NCBI GenBank assembly: GCA_976551045.1
Contig: CDPCPM010000087.1
Coordinates: 186,001-250,000, forward strand
From: Glaucostegus cemiculus
Lineage: Eukaryota
DNA length: 64,000 nucleotides
Reading direction: 5' to 3'
Made by a program: the position numbers and the translations under genes. Position 1 is the first letter of the stretch. Every line of letters begins with the position of its first letter. This document shows positions 1 through 12,297 of this stretch, piece after piece. Under the pieces are notes generated by a model. The model did not search any database and was not told the DNA's origin. It worked only from the letters and a program-made list of their open reading frames with translations.

Positions 1-550
1 CCATTCCCCACCTCCTTACCCCCATATCAAAGGAAAGGAACATGATGGATTCCTCTATGCTACAATTCCAGAAAGAAGACCCGCCAGGGTTATCCATATA
101 TGGAAGGGGTGGTGGGGGAAGGGGCTATGCTTTGTGGGTGTATTTTCTCTCAACCTGATGACATGGAGGTGAACTGTTAAAAACCCCATGTGCGATCCTG
201 GATGGGACCTCATAACTCAGCCAAGGCCAGTATAGGTTAGGGTGTTCCATGCTGTTGCCTTCACTTACCTGTTCATTCATAAACTATAGATAAAGTATCA
301 GAGATATTCGCTGCCATTCTATACTCAATGTATATTATCACAATTTTCTCAATTAGAAAAAGGTAATTTTATATAGTACAGAATTCAAAATATTCAACTT
401 TAAATGGAGAGTGCCTTATATCCAATGCTTCGGATAAAGATTTGAAATTTGTGCTTGGTAGCATTTAAATATGTGCATGTTTCCTTAGCAGAACCAGTTA
501 AGTGGCTGCCTCAAGGCTTTCTCTACTCAGTTACAAGGTATGTTACTGAC

Positions 551-994
551 CTACGTCAGCTGTTTGGGCTTCATCACTGGGACCTAGGCTTCCTTCTATC
601 CTTTGCCTCTGTAATAGCAGATCTACATTTTCCTCACTCGAACTTTCTGTAGCTACGTCCTGCTGAAATACTTCAACAGGAGGTGGTTGAACAGTCGCAA
701 TTGTGACACGTCTTGCTGGCTTTGTTTTTGCCCGTTTCTTTTTGCCGATTTCCTTGCCTGATAGATCCTCTGTTTTTGACTTCTCTCTGCACTGGGCTCC
801 ATCTCGATTACCTGAATCTGTACATGCCTGCCTCTCCTTAGCCACCTTGCAGCGCTCTCCCTTCGCCGAGGAACGGCGTCTCATGGCTTTCCTGCTCCCT
901 AAGCTATCTGTGCCATTGTATTTGTAGTCGGTTTTAAACACTGCTACGTACAGGAAGTCAGGGGGCTCCTTTAAAGCAGGGTCCATGGCTATAC
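551..994 (-). CDS. Candidate additional or alternative PNPLA6 exon, 148 codons, basic then acidic, probably disordered
   Basis: tttcttttctgtaaag acceptor and G|gtcagt donor. 444 nt without a stop, phase 1-1, in frame with exon 11. Non-repetitive and CpG-retaining. No homology recognised. Confidence 0.5.
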
Positions 995-1236
995 CTTTAC
1001 AGAAAAGAAAGTAATAGGTGAGACATTCCATCATCACCATGCCACCCTAACACTGTACTCTACAACCAAATTTAAACCGCAGCTGGGTGGGAGAAGCTTC
1101 ACAAATTGAACATCTCAAATCATAGAGTCAGAGTAATACAGCATAGAGACAGGCCCCCTGGACCAACTCATCCATGCTGGGACCAAGGTGCCCACCTAAG
1201 CCAGTCCAATTTGCCCGAGTTTGGCCTGTATCCCTC

Positions 1237-1440
1237 GACACTGTTACAGCGCCAGCGATCAGGGTTCGATTCCAGTCGCTGCCTGTAAGGTGTTTGTATG
1301 TTCCCCCGTGTCTGTGTGGGTTTCCTCCCACAGTTCAAAGATGTACGGGTAGGTTAATTTGGGTTTAAAATGGGGGGCGCGGACTCGTTGGGCCAGAAGG
1401 GCCTGTTACCACGCTGTAAAATAAAATTAAAAAAAAAATT
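1237..1440 (+). mobile_element. 5'-truncated tRNA-derived V-SINE (HE1-like)
   Basis: B box GGTTCGATTCC, V-domain gtgggtttcctccc, CR1-like tail gggccagaagggcctgt and A-tail. Confidence 0.85.
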
Positions 1441-2330
1441 TAAACTTTTCCTATCAGTATACTTATGTAAATGTCTTTTAAATGACATCATTGTACCTGC
1501 CTCAGCTACTTTCTCTAGCAACTCGTTCCATATACACACCACCTTCTGCATGAAGTTGTCGTCCCTGGGAAAAAGATTGTGTGCATTCACCCTATCTATG
1601 CCTCTCGATTTTATACACCTCTATAAGGTCACCCCTCAGTCTCTTACACACCAAGGAATAAAGTCCAAAGCTTGTCCAACCTCTCCCTACAACTCAGACC
1701 CTTGAATCTTGGCAAGGTTCTCAATCACCTTTGTGCTCTTTCCAGCTTAATGACATGACCAAAACTGTACACAATATTTGCAAGTATGGCCTCACCAATA
1801 TCTTGTACAACTGCAAAATAATGTCCCAACTCTTATACTCAATGCCCTAATGAAGGCCAGAATGCCAAACGCATTCTTCACCACTCTAACGATGACACCA
1901 CTTCCAGTGAACTGTGTATCTGTACTCCTGGGTCCCTTGGTTCCACAACACTCAAGGCCCGAGCATTCACTGTACAAGTCCTGCCCTGGTTTGACTTCCC
2001 AAAATGCAACACCTCACTCTTAACTGGATTGAATGCCATTTGCCATTACCTAGCTGATTAAGATCCTTCTGTAATTTTTGATACTTTTCTTCACTGTCTA
2101 ATACACCACCTATTTTAGGTATGATCCACAAACTTAACCTTGCTTTGTACAATCTTATCCAAATCATTTATATAAATAACAAACAAAGGCCCCAGCACTG
2201 ATCCCTGTGGCACACCACTAGTGACAGCCTTCAGTCCAAGAAACAATCTTCCACCATGACTCTGCTTCTTACCATCAAGCCAATTATGAATCCAGTTAGC
2301 TAGCTCTCCCTGGATCCCTTGTGATCTAAC

Positions 2331-3146
2331 CATAGAACAATACAGCACAAAACAGGCCCTTCGGCCTACCAAGTTGTGCCGTCCTTCAAACATCATACAA
2401 TCTAACTCTTTCCTCCCACATATCCCTCTATTCCACATTCCTCCATATGCCTATCTAACAATCTCTTGAACCTGTCCAACGTATCTGCCTCCACCACCAC
2501 CCCAGGCAGCGCATTCCATGCGCCAACCACTCTCTGGGTGAAGAACTTCCCTCTGACATCTCCCCTAAACTTTCCACCCAATACCTTAAAACCATGCCCT
2601 CTCATCTTCAGCATCTGTGCTCTGGGAAAGAGGCGCTGGCTGTCAACTCTATTCCTCTCAATACCTTATACACCTCTATCAAGTCTCCTCTCATCCTCCT
2701 CCTCTCCAATGAGTAGAGCCCTAGCACCTTAAGCCTCTCCTCATATTCCATACCCTCTAATCCAGGCATCATCCTGGTAAGTCGCCTCTGTACCCTCTCC
2801 AATGCCTCCACATCCTTCCTATAATGCGGCGACCAGAACTGAACACAGTACTCTAAGTGCAGTCTAACTAGAGTTTTGTAAAGCAGCATCATCACCTCTC
2901 GACTCTTGAACTCAATCCCATGATTTATAAAAGCTAATAACCCATAAGCCTTCTTAACTGCCCTATCCACCTGCGAGGCAACTTTGAGTGAACAGTAGAT
3001 ATGAACCCCCAGATCCCTTGCTCCTCTACACTGCCAAGTACCTTGCCATTTACCTCGTACTCTGCCCTGGAGTTTGTCCTACCAAAGTGCACCACCTCAC
3101 ATTTCTCTGGATTAAACTCCATCTGCCACCTGTCCACCCAGCTCTA
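2331..3146 (-). mobile_element. Young CR1 (HER1-like) 3' fragment
   Basis: LYKTLVRLHLEYCVQFWSPHYRKDVEALERVQRR; near-identical to copies at 4.2, 13.0 and 18.3 kb. Confidence 0.92.
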
Positions 3147-3669
3147 CCTTCCAGATTAGTCTTCCATGGGACCTCGTCAAATGCCTTGCTAAAGTCCATG
3201 TAGATGATGTCCACTGCCCTGCCCTCATCTATCCTCTTAGTCATCTCTTTAAAAAACTAACAAATTTGTTAGACACAATTTCCCCATGCACAAAGCCATG
3301 CTAACTATCTCTAACTACTGGTAGATCCTGTCCATCAGAATTTCCTCCAGTAACTTAACCACCACTGATGTCAGACTCATTGGCGTATAATTCCCAGATT
3401 CATTTTGCAGAATGATACTACTTTTCAGATTACTGTAAATACACATTTTCTACAGTGCTAACAGGAGGTTATTTAAATATAGGAGACTGGAGTATGACCA
3501 CACATACTAGGATGATTCAATTTAAGGATTGGGTGGCAAAGGGAAATGAAGAGGGGTGCACTACGAGGTAGGTGATGGAGACCATCTTACTATAGGTTCA
3601 AGAAAGTAAGTGGACTGTAATAAATTACAGACAAAACATTTATATTAAAATAATTACAATTCTCTTTTA

Positions 3670-3880
3670 TATCCTCAGGATGTTCCAAAGCTCTACACTG
3701 TTGTATTATATGGAATTCAGCAGGCAATTAGCTGAAAGACAAGTGTTGCCAACATTAGGAAAATCTTTGCTCGTCTTCAAATAGTCCCATGGAATCGTTT
3801 ACCTTAGAAAGCAAAGTGGACCTTCAGTTATCATCGAGAGGAGGCAGCATTTTAGTCAGTGAATCACTCCTTCAGTACTG
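3670..3880 (-). mobile_element. Old DeuSINE (SacSINE1/AmnSINE-like) remnant
   Basis: Collinear motifs ttccaaagc..., tcttcaaatagtcccatggaatc... and cactccttcagtactg resemble the Deu-domain as I recall it. Confidence 0.5.
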
Positions 3881-4224
3881 GTACCCAGTTAACCCAGATA
3901 ACAGGCTCAAATCGAGGCTGCATTCAGAACCAGAATAAGAGACAAGAGCCAATCTAACATGACAAGGCTGATGCCTAAAGTTAGTAACATTAAAATTGAG
4001 CATTGAATTTAAAACTTCAGGTTTATTAGGAATATTTTTCATTTTTACTTCACTTTCTTTTGCAAAAATATAAAAAAAAGAGCTCAAGAAAATATTTTTA
4101 TTCACTTATCTCCAAATTTATCATTAAACAAATATACAAACTATGAATAGGTGGGCTAAATCGTTAGCAAATAGTAAAAAAAAACAAATCTTCCTATTTA
4201 AAAATCAGACATTGGAAACTTAAA

Positions 4225-4652
4225 AGAACCATAGAACAATACAGCACAAAACAGGCCCTTCGGCCCACCAAGTTGTGCCATCCTTCAAACAATCTAACTC
4301 TTTCCTCCCACATATCCTACTATTCCACATTTTTCCATGTGCCTATCTAACAATCTCTTGAACCTGTCCAACGCATCTGCCTCTACCACCACCTCAGGCA
4401 GCGCATTCCATGCGCCAACCACTCTCTGGGTAAAAAAACTTCCCTCTGACATCTCCCCTGAACTTTCCACCCAATATCTTAAAGCCATGCCCTCTCGTCT
4501 TGAGCATCTGTGCTCTGGGAAAGGGGCGCTGGCTGTCAACTCTATCTATTCCTCTCAATATCTTATACACCTCTATCAAGTCCCCTCTCATCCTCTTCCT
4601 CTCCAATGAGTAAAGCCCTAGCACCTTAAGCCTCTCCTCATATTCCATACTC
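4225..4652 (-). mobile_element. Young CR1 3' fragment
   Basis: MRGDLIEVYKILRGIDRVD...TRGHGFK and ttctatg tail. Confidence 0.92.
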
Positions 4653-4849
4653 AAAGAAACATCCATAAAGCTAATGAACCAGTCCTTATCCACCCACTAA
4701 TGTACGAGAGTTCCCATAATTGTGCACTAACATCTAATGCAATGGGGGGAACAAACTTGTATCTGTATAGTAACCTTCAGGATTTCAGGACTTCCCAGCC
4801 TTCTGCACAGTAGAAAATGTGACAACCAGCTTGTGCAGCAACGGGAAAC

Positions 4850-5100
4850 ACCATGCACAGCTGGCAGAGCTGCTGCCTCACAGTGCCAGAGACCAGAGTT
4901 CAATCCTGACCTTGAGTGATATCTATGTGGAATTTGCACACTCTCTGTCATCATGTGGGTTTCCTCCCACCTCCCAAAGATAAGCAGGTTGTTAGGTTAA
5001 TAGGCTGCTGTAATTTACTCCCAGTGAGTGATAGAATTTGAGAAAACTTGTTGAGAATGCGGGGGTGGGGGGTTGGTGATTAAAAAAGATGGGAATAATA
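4850..5100 (+). mobile_element. tRNA-derived V-SINE, diverged
   Basis: gctgcctcacag, B box gagttcaatcc, V-domain gtgggtttcctccc. Confidence 0.75.
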
Positions 5101-5569
5101 TAATGTTAATAATATAACCGTACCTGCCCACGTGGATCACTGTGTATGGAAGGATTAGATAGAGTAGAATTTTTAAAGTGCATTCAGGAGAATGTTTTTT
5201 GCCAGTACGTAGATAGGCTTACCAGGGATGGAACAGTGCTAGGGTCTAATCCTAGGGAATGGAGATGGCTAAGTGGATAAAGTGTCAGTGGGCAAACACT
5301 ATGGGTGGGGATAGTGACCATAACTTGGCAAGTTTCAAAGCAATTATGGAAGGGGATAAGGATCATCCAGAAATTAAATGTGAATAATTGGTGGGGGGGC
5401 ATGGACTGTCTGTGCTTCTTGCTGCTTCGGTAAAGCAGCCAACATAATCTCTCATCCCTCCATCTTCCTTTGTTAACACTAGGAGATGCTAGGTGCACAG
5501 AAATGCACCAGCACTCCAAATGCCTGACACCAGCCCGTTCACTTTAAGATATATTTATGTAAGAACTAA

Positions 5570-6115
5570 TGGGTAATGTTTTGTACTGTGTATTTTGTAC
5601 TGTGTATGTGTCTCTCTGTTGGTTGTTATGTTATTCTTTTCTATGAGACGTGTTCCTGTGGAGGACGGTATCTCGCTCCTATGCGTACCATGTATGTATA
5701 TGGTTGTGACAATAAAACTGATTCTGATTCTGATAATCAAAGGCCCCACCCACACCGGACATTCTCTCTCCTCTCCCCTCCCATCAGGCAGAAGATACAA
5801 AAGCCTGAAAGCACGTACCACCAAGCTCAAGTACAGCTTCTATCCCACTGTCACAAGACTACTGTATGGCCCCTGGTACAATATGATGGACTCTTGGGTT
5901 CACAATCTATCTCATTATGGCCTTGCACCTTATTGTCTGCCTGCACTTTCTCTGCAATTGTTATACTTTCTTCTGCATTCTTATTGTTTTACCTTGTACC
6001 ACTTCAATGAACTGATGTGATGAAATAATCTGTATGAATGGCATGCAACACCAAGATTTTCCTCTGTACCTTGGAACATCTGACAATAATAAACCAATTT
6101 TCTACTAAGTTACCA
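5570..6115 (+). mobile_element. Two adjacent Rex1/Babar 3' ends
   Basis: aataaa plus (attctg)n tail at about 5730, then PSGRRYKSLKARTTKLKYSFYPTVTRLL and a 3' UTR. Confidence 0.75.
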
Positions 6116-6289
6116 ATTTCAGTATCATTAGACAGGACCTGGCAAACGGACTGGGACCAGCTACTTGTAAGCCTACATTTGTGGCAGTCTTTTAAAAGTG
6201 AAATAGTGAGTTCAGAGCAAACATATCAATTCTTGATATTCTTTGACTAACAAACAAAAAAAAGCAAGCATATAGTAGGTATAGGGAAC

Positions 6290-6980
6290 TGAAAACAGGA
6301 CAGCCCTTTGTGTGTATAGAGGGGGCACTCAGAGGAAATTAGGAGAGCAAAAAGGGGCACAAAATATCACTGGCAAAGAGGATTAAGGAAAATACCAAGG
6401 AACTGCACAAGCATATTAAGAGCAGAAGGGTAACCAGGGAGAGAATGGGACCCATTATAGACCAAAGAGGCAGTCTGTGTATGGGACCAGAGGATGTGGG
6501 TAAGGACTTAAATAAAGGACTTCATTTCTATTCACAAGGGAGAAAGACGGTAGGAGATTTGGGTTGGGCTTGTGAAATTCTACAGCATTAATATATATTT
6601 TTTAAATGTCTCAGTGGACATTAAGGTTGATAAATCCCCAGGGCCTGATGAGATATATCCCAGAATGCTGTAAGTAGCTTTACTGAAGAAGGACACAAGG
6701 GGTATGCCAGTTAGTCTAAACTCTGTGGTAAGGAAATTACTGGAAAAAAAAAGTTGAGAGATGGGATTAATCTAAACCTGAACAGGCAGACACTGACCAG
6801 GGACAGTCAGCACACTGTTAGTGGGAGATCTTGGCCGACTAATATAGCTGAGTTTTTTTTAAAAGATAGTTAAATATATGTATGAGGGCATTGCAGCTGG
6901 TGTGGTTTACATGGACCTGGAAGACATTCTGGTTCAAAGCCTTTATTGAGAGATAACATACAGCTGGATGCAAGGATTTC
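6290..6980 (+). mobile_element. Decayed CR1 ORF2 middle fragment
   Basis: DKSPGPDEIYPR-like segment and ccagttagtcta RT-start motif. Confidence 0.7.
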
Positions 6981-8214
6981 ACCATACACCTTATTTGGCT
7001 GTCTCCTCTCTTGGCACACCCAAACTTCCCCACTGATCTTCACCTCTAATTGCCACCATTTCTGTTGGGCCTGAAATTTGGTTTCTTTGAAAAAAAATCA
7101 AACCACAGCACACTACAAACAAGATTTCTGCTGACTATTCCCAGTAATTTCCGTTTTTATTTTAAGTAATAATTAGCTGGGTTGCCAGCAACCCGTTCAT
7201 TATAATTAAACAGCCTCATGCACTGCCTGGAATTCTGTGAACAACCAGCCTGAATAAGCATCTGTCAGAACTGTTGCCCAGAACAAAAGCCCCGAGATCC
7301 CTGGAGATAGCTACCACAGGCAACTGGAGGACTGTCTGTACTACGTTCAGGGCAGAGGGATAAAATTGACCCAATTTGCTTGCTCCCTCTCCAAGAAATA
7401 TCAAGCGCAAACCATTTGGCCTTGTGTGCCCGCTCCACCACTCAATACAATCATTTCCTTAGTACCACTTTCTGCATCAATTCCACATCTTGATTTCCTT
7501 AATATCTAAAAACTTAATCACAAAAACCAGGACAACAGTCTCCTACAGGATGACAGGCCTGAAGAACAGTCACAACCGAAATTATAAATCAGAGCACAGC
7601 TGCCTTTTCCAGCTGATTTTCAGAAACTTAATCAGGATTTAAATAAAATAATAGAGCAATTCCCCTTCTTCACTTGGGGAAAAAATAGAACCCAGTCCTT
7701 TAACAACTGTTGTTGGAGACTGCTGTTAAAAGTAACTGTGTGATCAGAAAACGTAATGAAAGATGAACCTAGATGACGTTATTCAAACATTGCAGGTAAC
7801 ACACCAATGCAAATTGTTCTTTAATCCCCTTCACAGCTTTCACACAGTTCCGAACTAGAATCGATTCCGACAAGCCAGAATTTTGGATTTGCGAGGGAGG
7901 GACTGGTGCATCCATCACTGTCTAAAGTAATGCAACTTTGACATCTAGAGGCAGTTCACTGTCACTGCACCAAATGAACAGAAAGGGGAGGGGCTGTCAA
8001 TCAAGAGCTGCCTAGGCTCCTGGTCAGTAACACGCAAGAGAAAGGCAACAAAAAGACACCTATCCCTCATCTAGAGAGCTCAAGTCTGAAGAAACAGTAC
8101 AAAATTAAAAAGTGCAGAGAAGAAATTAAAAACAAACATTAGAACAGAGGACATGAGAAAAATATTGTTAAATAACGTGCCAGAAAGGGCACAACTTTGA
8201 ATTATCTTTAAGGT

Positions 8215-8610
8215 CTTTACATCTTTTCTCTGGAGCATTAGAGGCTGAGGGGAGATCTGACAAATGATGAGAGGCATAGATAGGGTAGAAAGTCAGAATC
8301 TTTTTCTCAGGGTTCAGAGTTAAATACTAGAGGTTATGCATTTAAGGTGAGAAGGGGAAAAGTTTAAAAGAAGTTTAAAGGAGATGTGCAGGGCAAGGTT
8401 TTTAAAAACAAAACAGTGGTAGTTGCCTTGAACAGGCTGCCAGGGGTGGCAGTGGAAGCAGATATGACAGTGGCGTTTAAGAGGCTTTTAGATAGACACT
8501 TGAATATGCAGGGAATGGAGGGATACGGATCATGTGCAGACAGAAAAGATTCGGTTTAATTTGAAATTGTTTGGCACAGACATCGTGGGCTGAAGGTACT
8601 GTTCTAAGTT
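8215..8610 (+). mobile_element. CR1 3' fragment
   Basis: aggctgaggggagatctga, actagagg...tttaaggtgaga, CR1 tail. Confidence 0.8.
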
Positions 8611-8729
8611 TAACTTGTGGTTCACCCAAAAGGTGTTTTCCAAAATACATGATGAAAGGGTTGGAAGTTAGGACTATGGTTCCTAATGAATGTTTTGTGT
8701 CTGAGGGGGATGACACAAATATTGCAACT

Positions 8730-8920
8730 GGTATTCGTTTACTATTGTCACTTGTACCGAGGTACAATGAAAAACTTGTCTTGCATACTGATCGTACAGG
8801 TCAATTCATTACACAGTGCAGTTACATTGGGTTAGTACAGGAGTGCATTTAGTAATACAGGTAAAAACAATAACAGTACAGAGTAAAGTGTCACAGCTAC
8901 AGAGAAAGTGCAGTGCAAGA
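8730..8920 (-). mobile_element. Rex1/Babar 3' UTR fragment
   Basis: Near-identical to the UTR following KDSFYPTVIRLLN at 33.1-33.4 kb. Confidence 0.8.
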
Positions 8921-9059
8921 AGGTCAGGAACTATGTGAAATGTTGGGCAAGGTGAATGTAGATTAAGCATTTTTGAAAGTAGATTTATTACTAGACTTGA
9001 ATGAAGTGTTTTCCTGGTTGGGGGAACTAAATGAGTAAGTCACAAGGCTCTGACCCTCA

Positions 9060-9700
9060 TTTTCAGAATTCAGGCATTGCTGTCAAGACCAGCATTTATT
9101 ACCAGCCCCAAATGCCCTTGGGAAGATGATGAGCAACCTTCTGAACCCTGGCACTGCTTCTGGTGAAGGTACTCCCACAATATTGTTGGACAGGAATTTC
9201 CTGGATTTAGACCCACCAAAGAAGAAACAGATTTACATTTCCATCAGGTTAGTGTGCATCTTGGAGGGATCCTGCAGGTGGTGGTGCTCCCTTGCACTCC
9301 TGATAGAATTGTGGGATTAGGAGGTGCAGTTTGAGCAGTGTATTTTGTATACGGCGTGTGGCAAGACCACAGTATATGGTGGATATAAGGAAAAAAAAAC
9401 TCATTTTGCCCCTAGATGGTGTTAAGCTTTTTGAAAAAGTTATTGGAGCTTCACTCATCCAAAGAAGAAAGTAGTATATCAAACTCCTGCCTTATAGATT
9501 GAGGAAACTCTTGAGGTGTCAGGAGGCAACTCACTTGCCACAAAGTAATTAGTCTCTGACTTGCTCTTGTAGACTCGGTATTTGTCTGATGATCCAGTTG
9601 CCTTTCCAACACCCTCCTCCCCCCAGCCCCAACCCGGATGTTGATGGTAGGAGACATGGCATAGGTAATGCCATTGTAACTGTTACTGGAAATGGTCACT
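9060..9700 (-). mobile_element. Decayed non-LTR element of a distinct CR1/L2-group family
   Basis: Collinear with 40000-40560. Confidence 0.6.
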
Positions 9701-11066
9701 ACTTTCTAAACTTGGTGGTCTACCTAAAATAACAAGAGACTTACATAAGATTTTCCCTGAGACCATCTCACTAGAGTAGGGAATGATTCAAATTGGGTGG
9801 CAAATGCATGAAAACAGCCTTCAAAATAAAATTAAAAATGCAGTCCAGCCTTCAGCCTTCCTCTGCAACCGCAGCCTGGGGAGGAACCACACAGTAAAGG
9901 ACCCATCCTCAGATCCCTTGTAGAACTCCACTGCACATCTCAAACTTTACTGCAACAGTAAGAACCACAACAGCAAGAACCACATGAACAGAAATCAGAC
10001 AGGAAACTCAGGCATACAATGCCTTTGTTGGTGAAGTCCCAGACATCCAAGATCTCTGACCCTGGACTGGATGATACCAAGTATTGTTCTCAACTGCCCT
10101 GCAGTGCCACAGAATGCTCGACTGGATAACACACTATGTTTACAACAATCTGTAATGCATTCTGGTATAGGGCAGTATAAACACCAGACTGTGTACGACT
10201 ACGTAGCCCCAGTAATAGCAATTTCTTACATGGTAATCAGCAGTAAACACAGCCAAAATGAGAAAGTGTTGAGAAATCCTCCCATGTTTTGGAGAACCAG
10301 AGTTGTTGTGCAGTAATAATAGGTTATGCAAAATGTTAAAAGGAAATGTTGCTGTAAATGATACTTTTCAAGCCTCTGTAGCATTCAGTGAAAGGGTCAT
10401 AATATTAGGCAAAGCAGGATAATAATCCCTTGTATTCAATGTTACTGCTTCTGCTTTTCAACTGCAATATTTACAAAACAACTAACAAGAATTTAAAGTG
10501 TTTCTTTAGGGCATATTTACTTAGTTTCTGATGCAGTGTGCTATCCTTTGCAGCAAACAGTATCTCAGATGGACAATAGAATCACAGCATCTGCAATACA
10601 GTGCCACTTAGATAGTCTGTTGTTCAGTAGCTCTTCACTGCTTCCCCAAGCTTCATCTGTCTTGCATTGAACTCTCCTCTTTCCCTGGCTCCATGCATAT
10701 TTCCTATCTCCCTCTCTGAGCACAACCTGCCCTTTAGACATAGCTACATAGGTGCTCGGGAGAGGGAGGGAACAAAGAAAGTGGATGGAAGGCCACAAGC
10801 TCTAATCAGCAAATTATAAACTCCCATTTTATATGATGATTGAAGCAGCATACTAGTTCTGGTCGAATATGTCAGAACATTATTTCTCATTTTCTCCATT
10901 TCCAAATTCTTCCTTTATTTCTAATTTCCTCGAGCAGCAACACTCCACCAGTATTACCGTACACCAAACACTAGAATCAAAAAGCACCAATTTTTTCAGG
11001 AAATTAAGAGTGCCCATGGTGGGACATACAGCCGTCTTTAACACCCAGAAGTAATACAAATGTGTG

Positions 11067-11690
11067 GGCTAGCCGTATGATTGCTTTTGTTACACTGATG
11101 GCCAAACGAGCCATTCTGCTTAAATGCAAGGATCCAATACCCCCCACTACCTTTCAATGGTTCTCTCAAACTATATCATGTCTTAATTTGGAAAAAATTA
11201 GGAGTGGTACTGTTGATTCTTCGCTTAAATTTGAAGATATTTGGAGTCCATTTATTCGATATTTTCACATGATGTAGTTTTCCGCTTCTATAACTCTTTT
11301 TTAATTCAGAGGAACGGAGCTGACGACATTATATTGCTCTGTTTTTATGAAATTTTAGCTCAGGTTTTTTTTTCTTGTTTTGGTTTTTTCTTTCTTTTTT
11401 TAAATGACAATACAAAGTAAATTGAACCGAAAGTTATGATTTTTTTTTAATTGATTTGGGGTTTTTTTCTTGTTCTTTTTCTGATTATATAACAAATCTT
11501 TTTCTTTCCTATCTTTTACATTATACTTATGAACCAAGAGATTGTTGGAACTATTTTTTTTATATATATCATACTTTGCTTTTTTTAGGATTACCTATGA
11601 TTGTTACCTGATATCTCTGTAACACGTGTAAACATTGTTGTTATATATATTAACCTGTATTGATCTGTTATCAATAAAAAGAAAGAAAAG
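11067..11690 (+). mobile_element. 5'-truncated L1-clade LINE with target-site duplication
   Basis: ORF2 C-terminus AKRAILLKCKDPIPPT..W..LEKIR..KFEDIWSPF, T-rich UTR, AATAAA and A-rich tail. aaatgtgtg is duplicated at 11058-11066 and 11691-11699. Confidence 0.8.
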
Positions 11691-11699
11691 AAATGTGTG

Positions 11700-11825
11700 A
11701 AAACAAACTGCTGATGCTGGAAACTGAAATAAAAACAGAAAATACTGGAAATATTCAGCAGGTTAGGCAGCATCTATGGAGAAACCAAGTTAGTCCTTCA
11801 GCTCGATGATGTTTTAGCAGCAGTG
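11700..11825 (-). mobile_element. Penelope-like terminal fragment
   Basis: gatgctggaa...cagcaggttaggcagcatctatggag, shared with 59120-59200. Confidence 0.6.
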
Positions 11826-12047
11826 ATTAAACTGTAATGGTCTACGATGAAATTAAGTCTCCTGTGTATCTGATGATTTAGCTCAGGCAAGGATGAGGAT
11901 ATAAACCTCCATAGCACTGTAATAACGATCATAAACATGCACTTCAGTGTAGGATGTGTGTTATGTATTCATGTTTAAGACACAGGATGTCTGAAAAATC
12001 AAAACTTCTACACTAACATAAATGTATGATCAGTAAAAATGCAGTCC

Positions 12048-12297
12048 AGGGTTGGCACGATGGCATAGCGGTTGGCACGACGCTGTTACAACGCCAGCGA
12101 TCGGGGTTTGATTCCCGTCGCTGACTGTAAGGAGTTTGTACGTTCTCTCATGTCTGTGTGGGTTTCCTCCGGGTGCTCCGGTTTCCTCCCACATTCTAAA
12201 AAGACATACGGGTAGGGTAATTTGGGGGTTTAAAATGGGCGGCGCGGACATGTTGGGCCAAAAGGGCCTGTTACCACGCTGTAAATAAAATTTAAAA
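12048..12297 (+). mobile_element. Full-length V-SINE (HE1-like)
   Basis: A box TGGCATAGCGG, B box GGTTTGATTCC, V-domain and CR1-like tail. Confidence 0.9.

Larger units (their letters stand above)
1119..3400 (-). mobile_element. Older CR1-clade LINE fragment interrupted by a SINE and a younger CR1
   Basis: RT remnants VTSGVPQGSVLGPLFVIYINDLD and VDIIYMDFSKAFD; CR1 3' tail near 1119. Confidence 0.85.

Noticed and set aside
263-320. Strong minus-strand donor (CAG|gtaagt) as a further exon
   Set aside because: Phase-1 frames from nearby acceptors contain stops, and I see no similarity to NTE.
5184-5519. ORF containing SMPP as the expected LLSRCVSMP exon
   Set aside because: No convincing splice sites or further similarity; that exon probably lies left of the window.
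7810-7970. CpG-containing stretch with acceptor-like sites
   Set aside because: Frames run into stops without a good donor, and no homology is recognisable.
12048-12125. tRNA gene (also near 57600-57676)
   Set aside because: The A and B boxes are SINE heads that continue into a V-domain and LINE-like tail.
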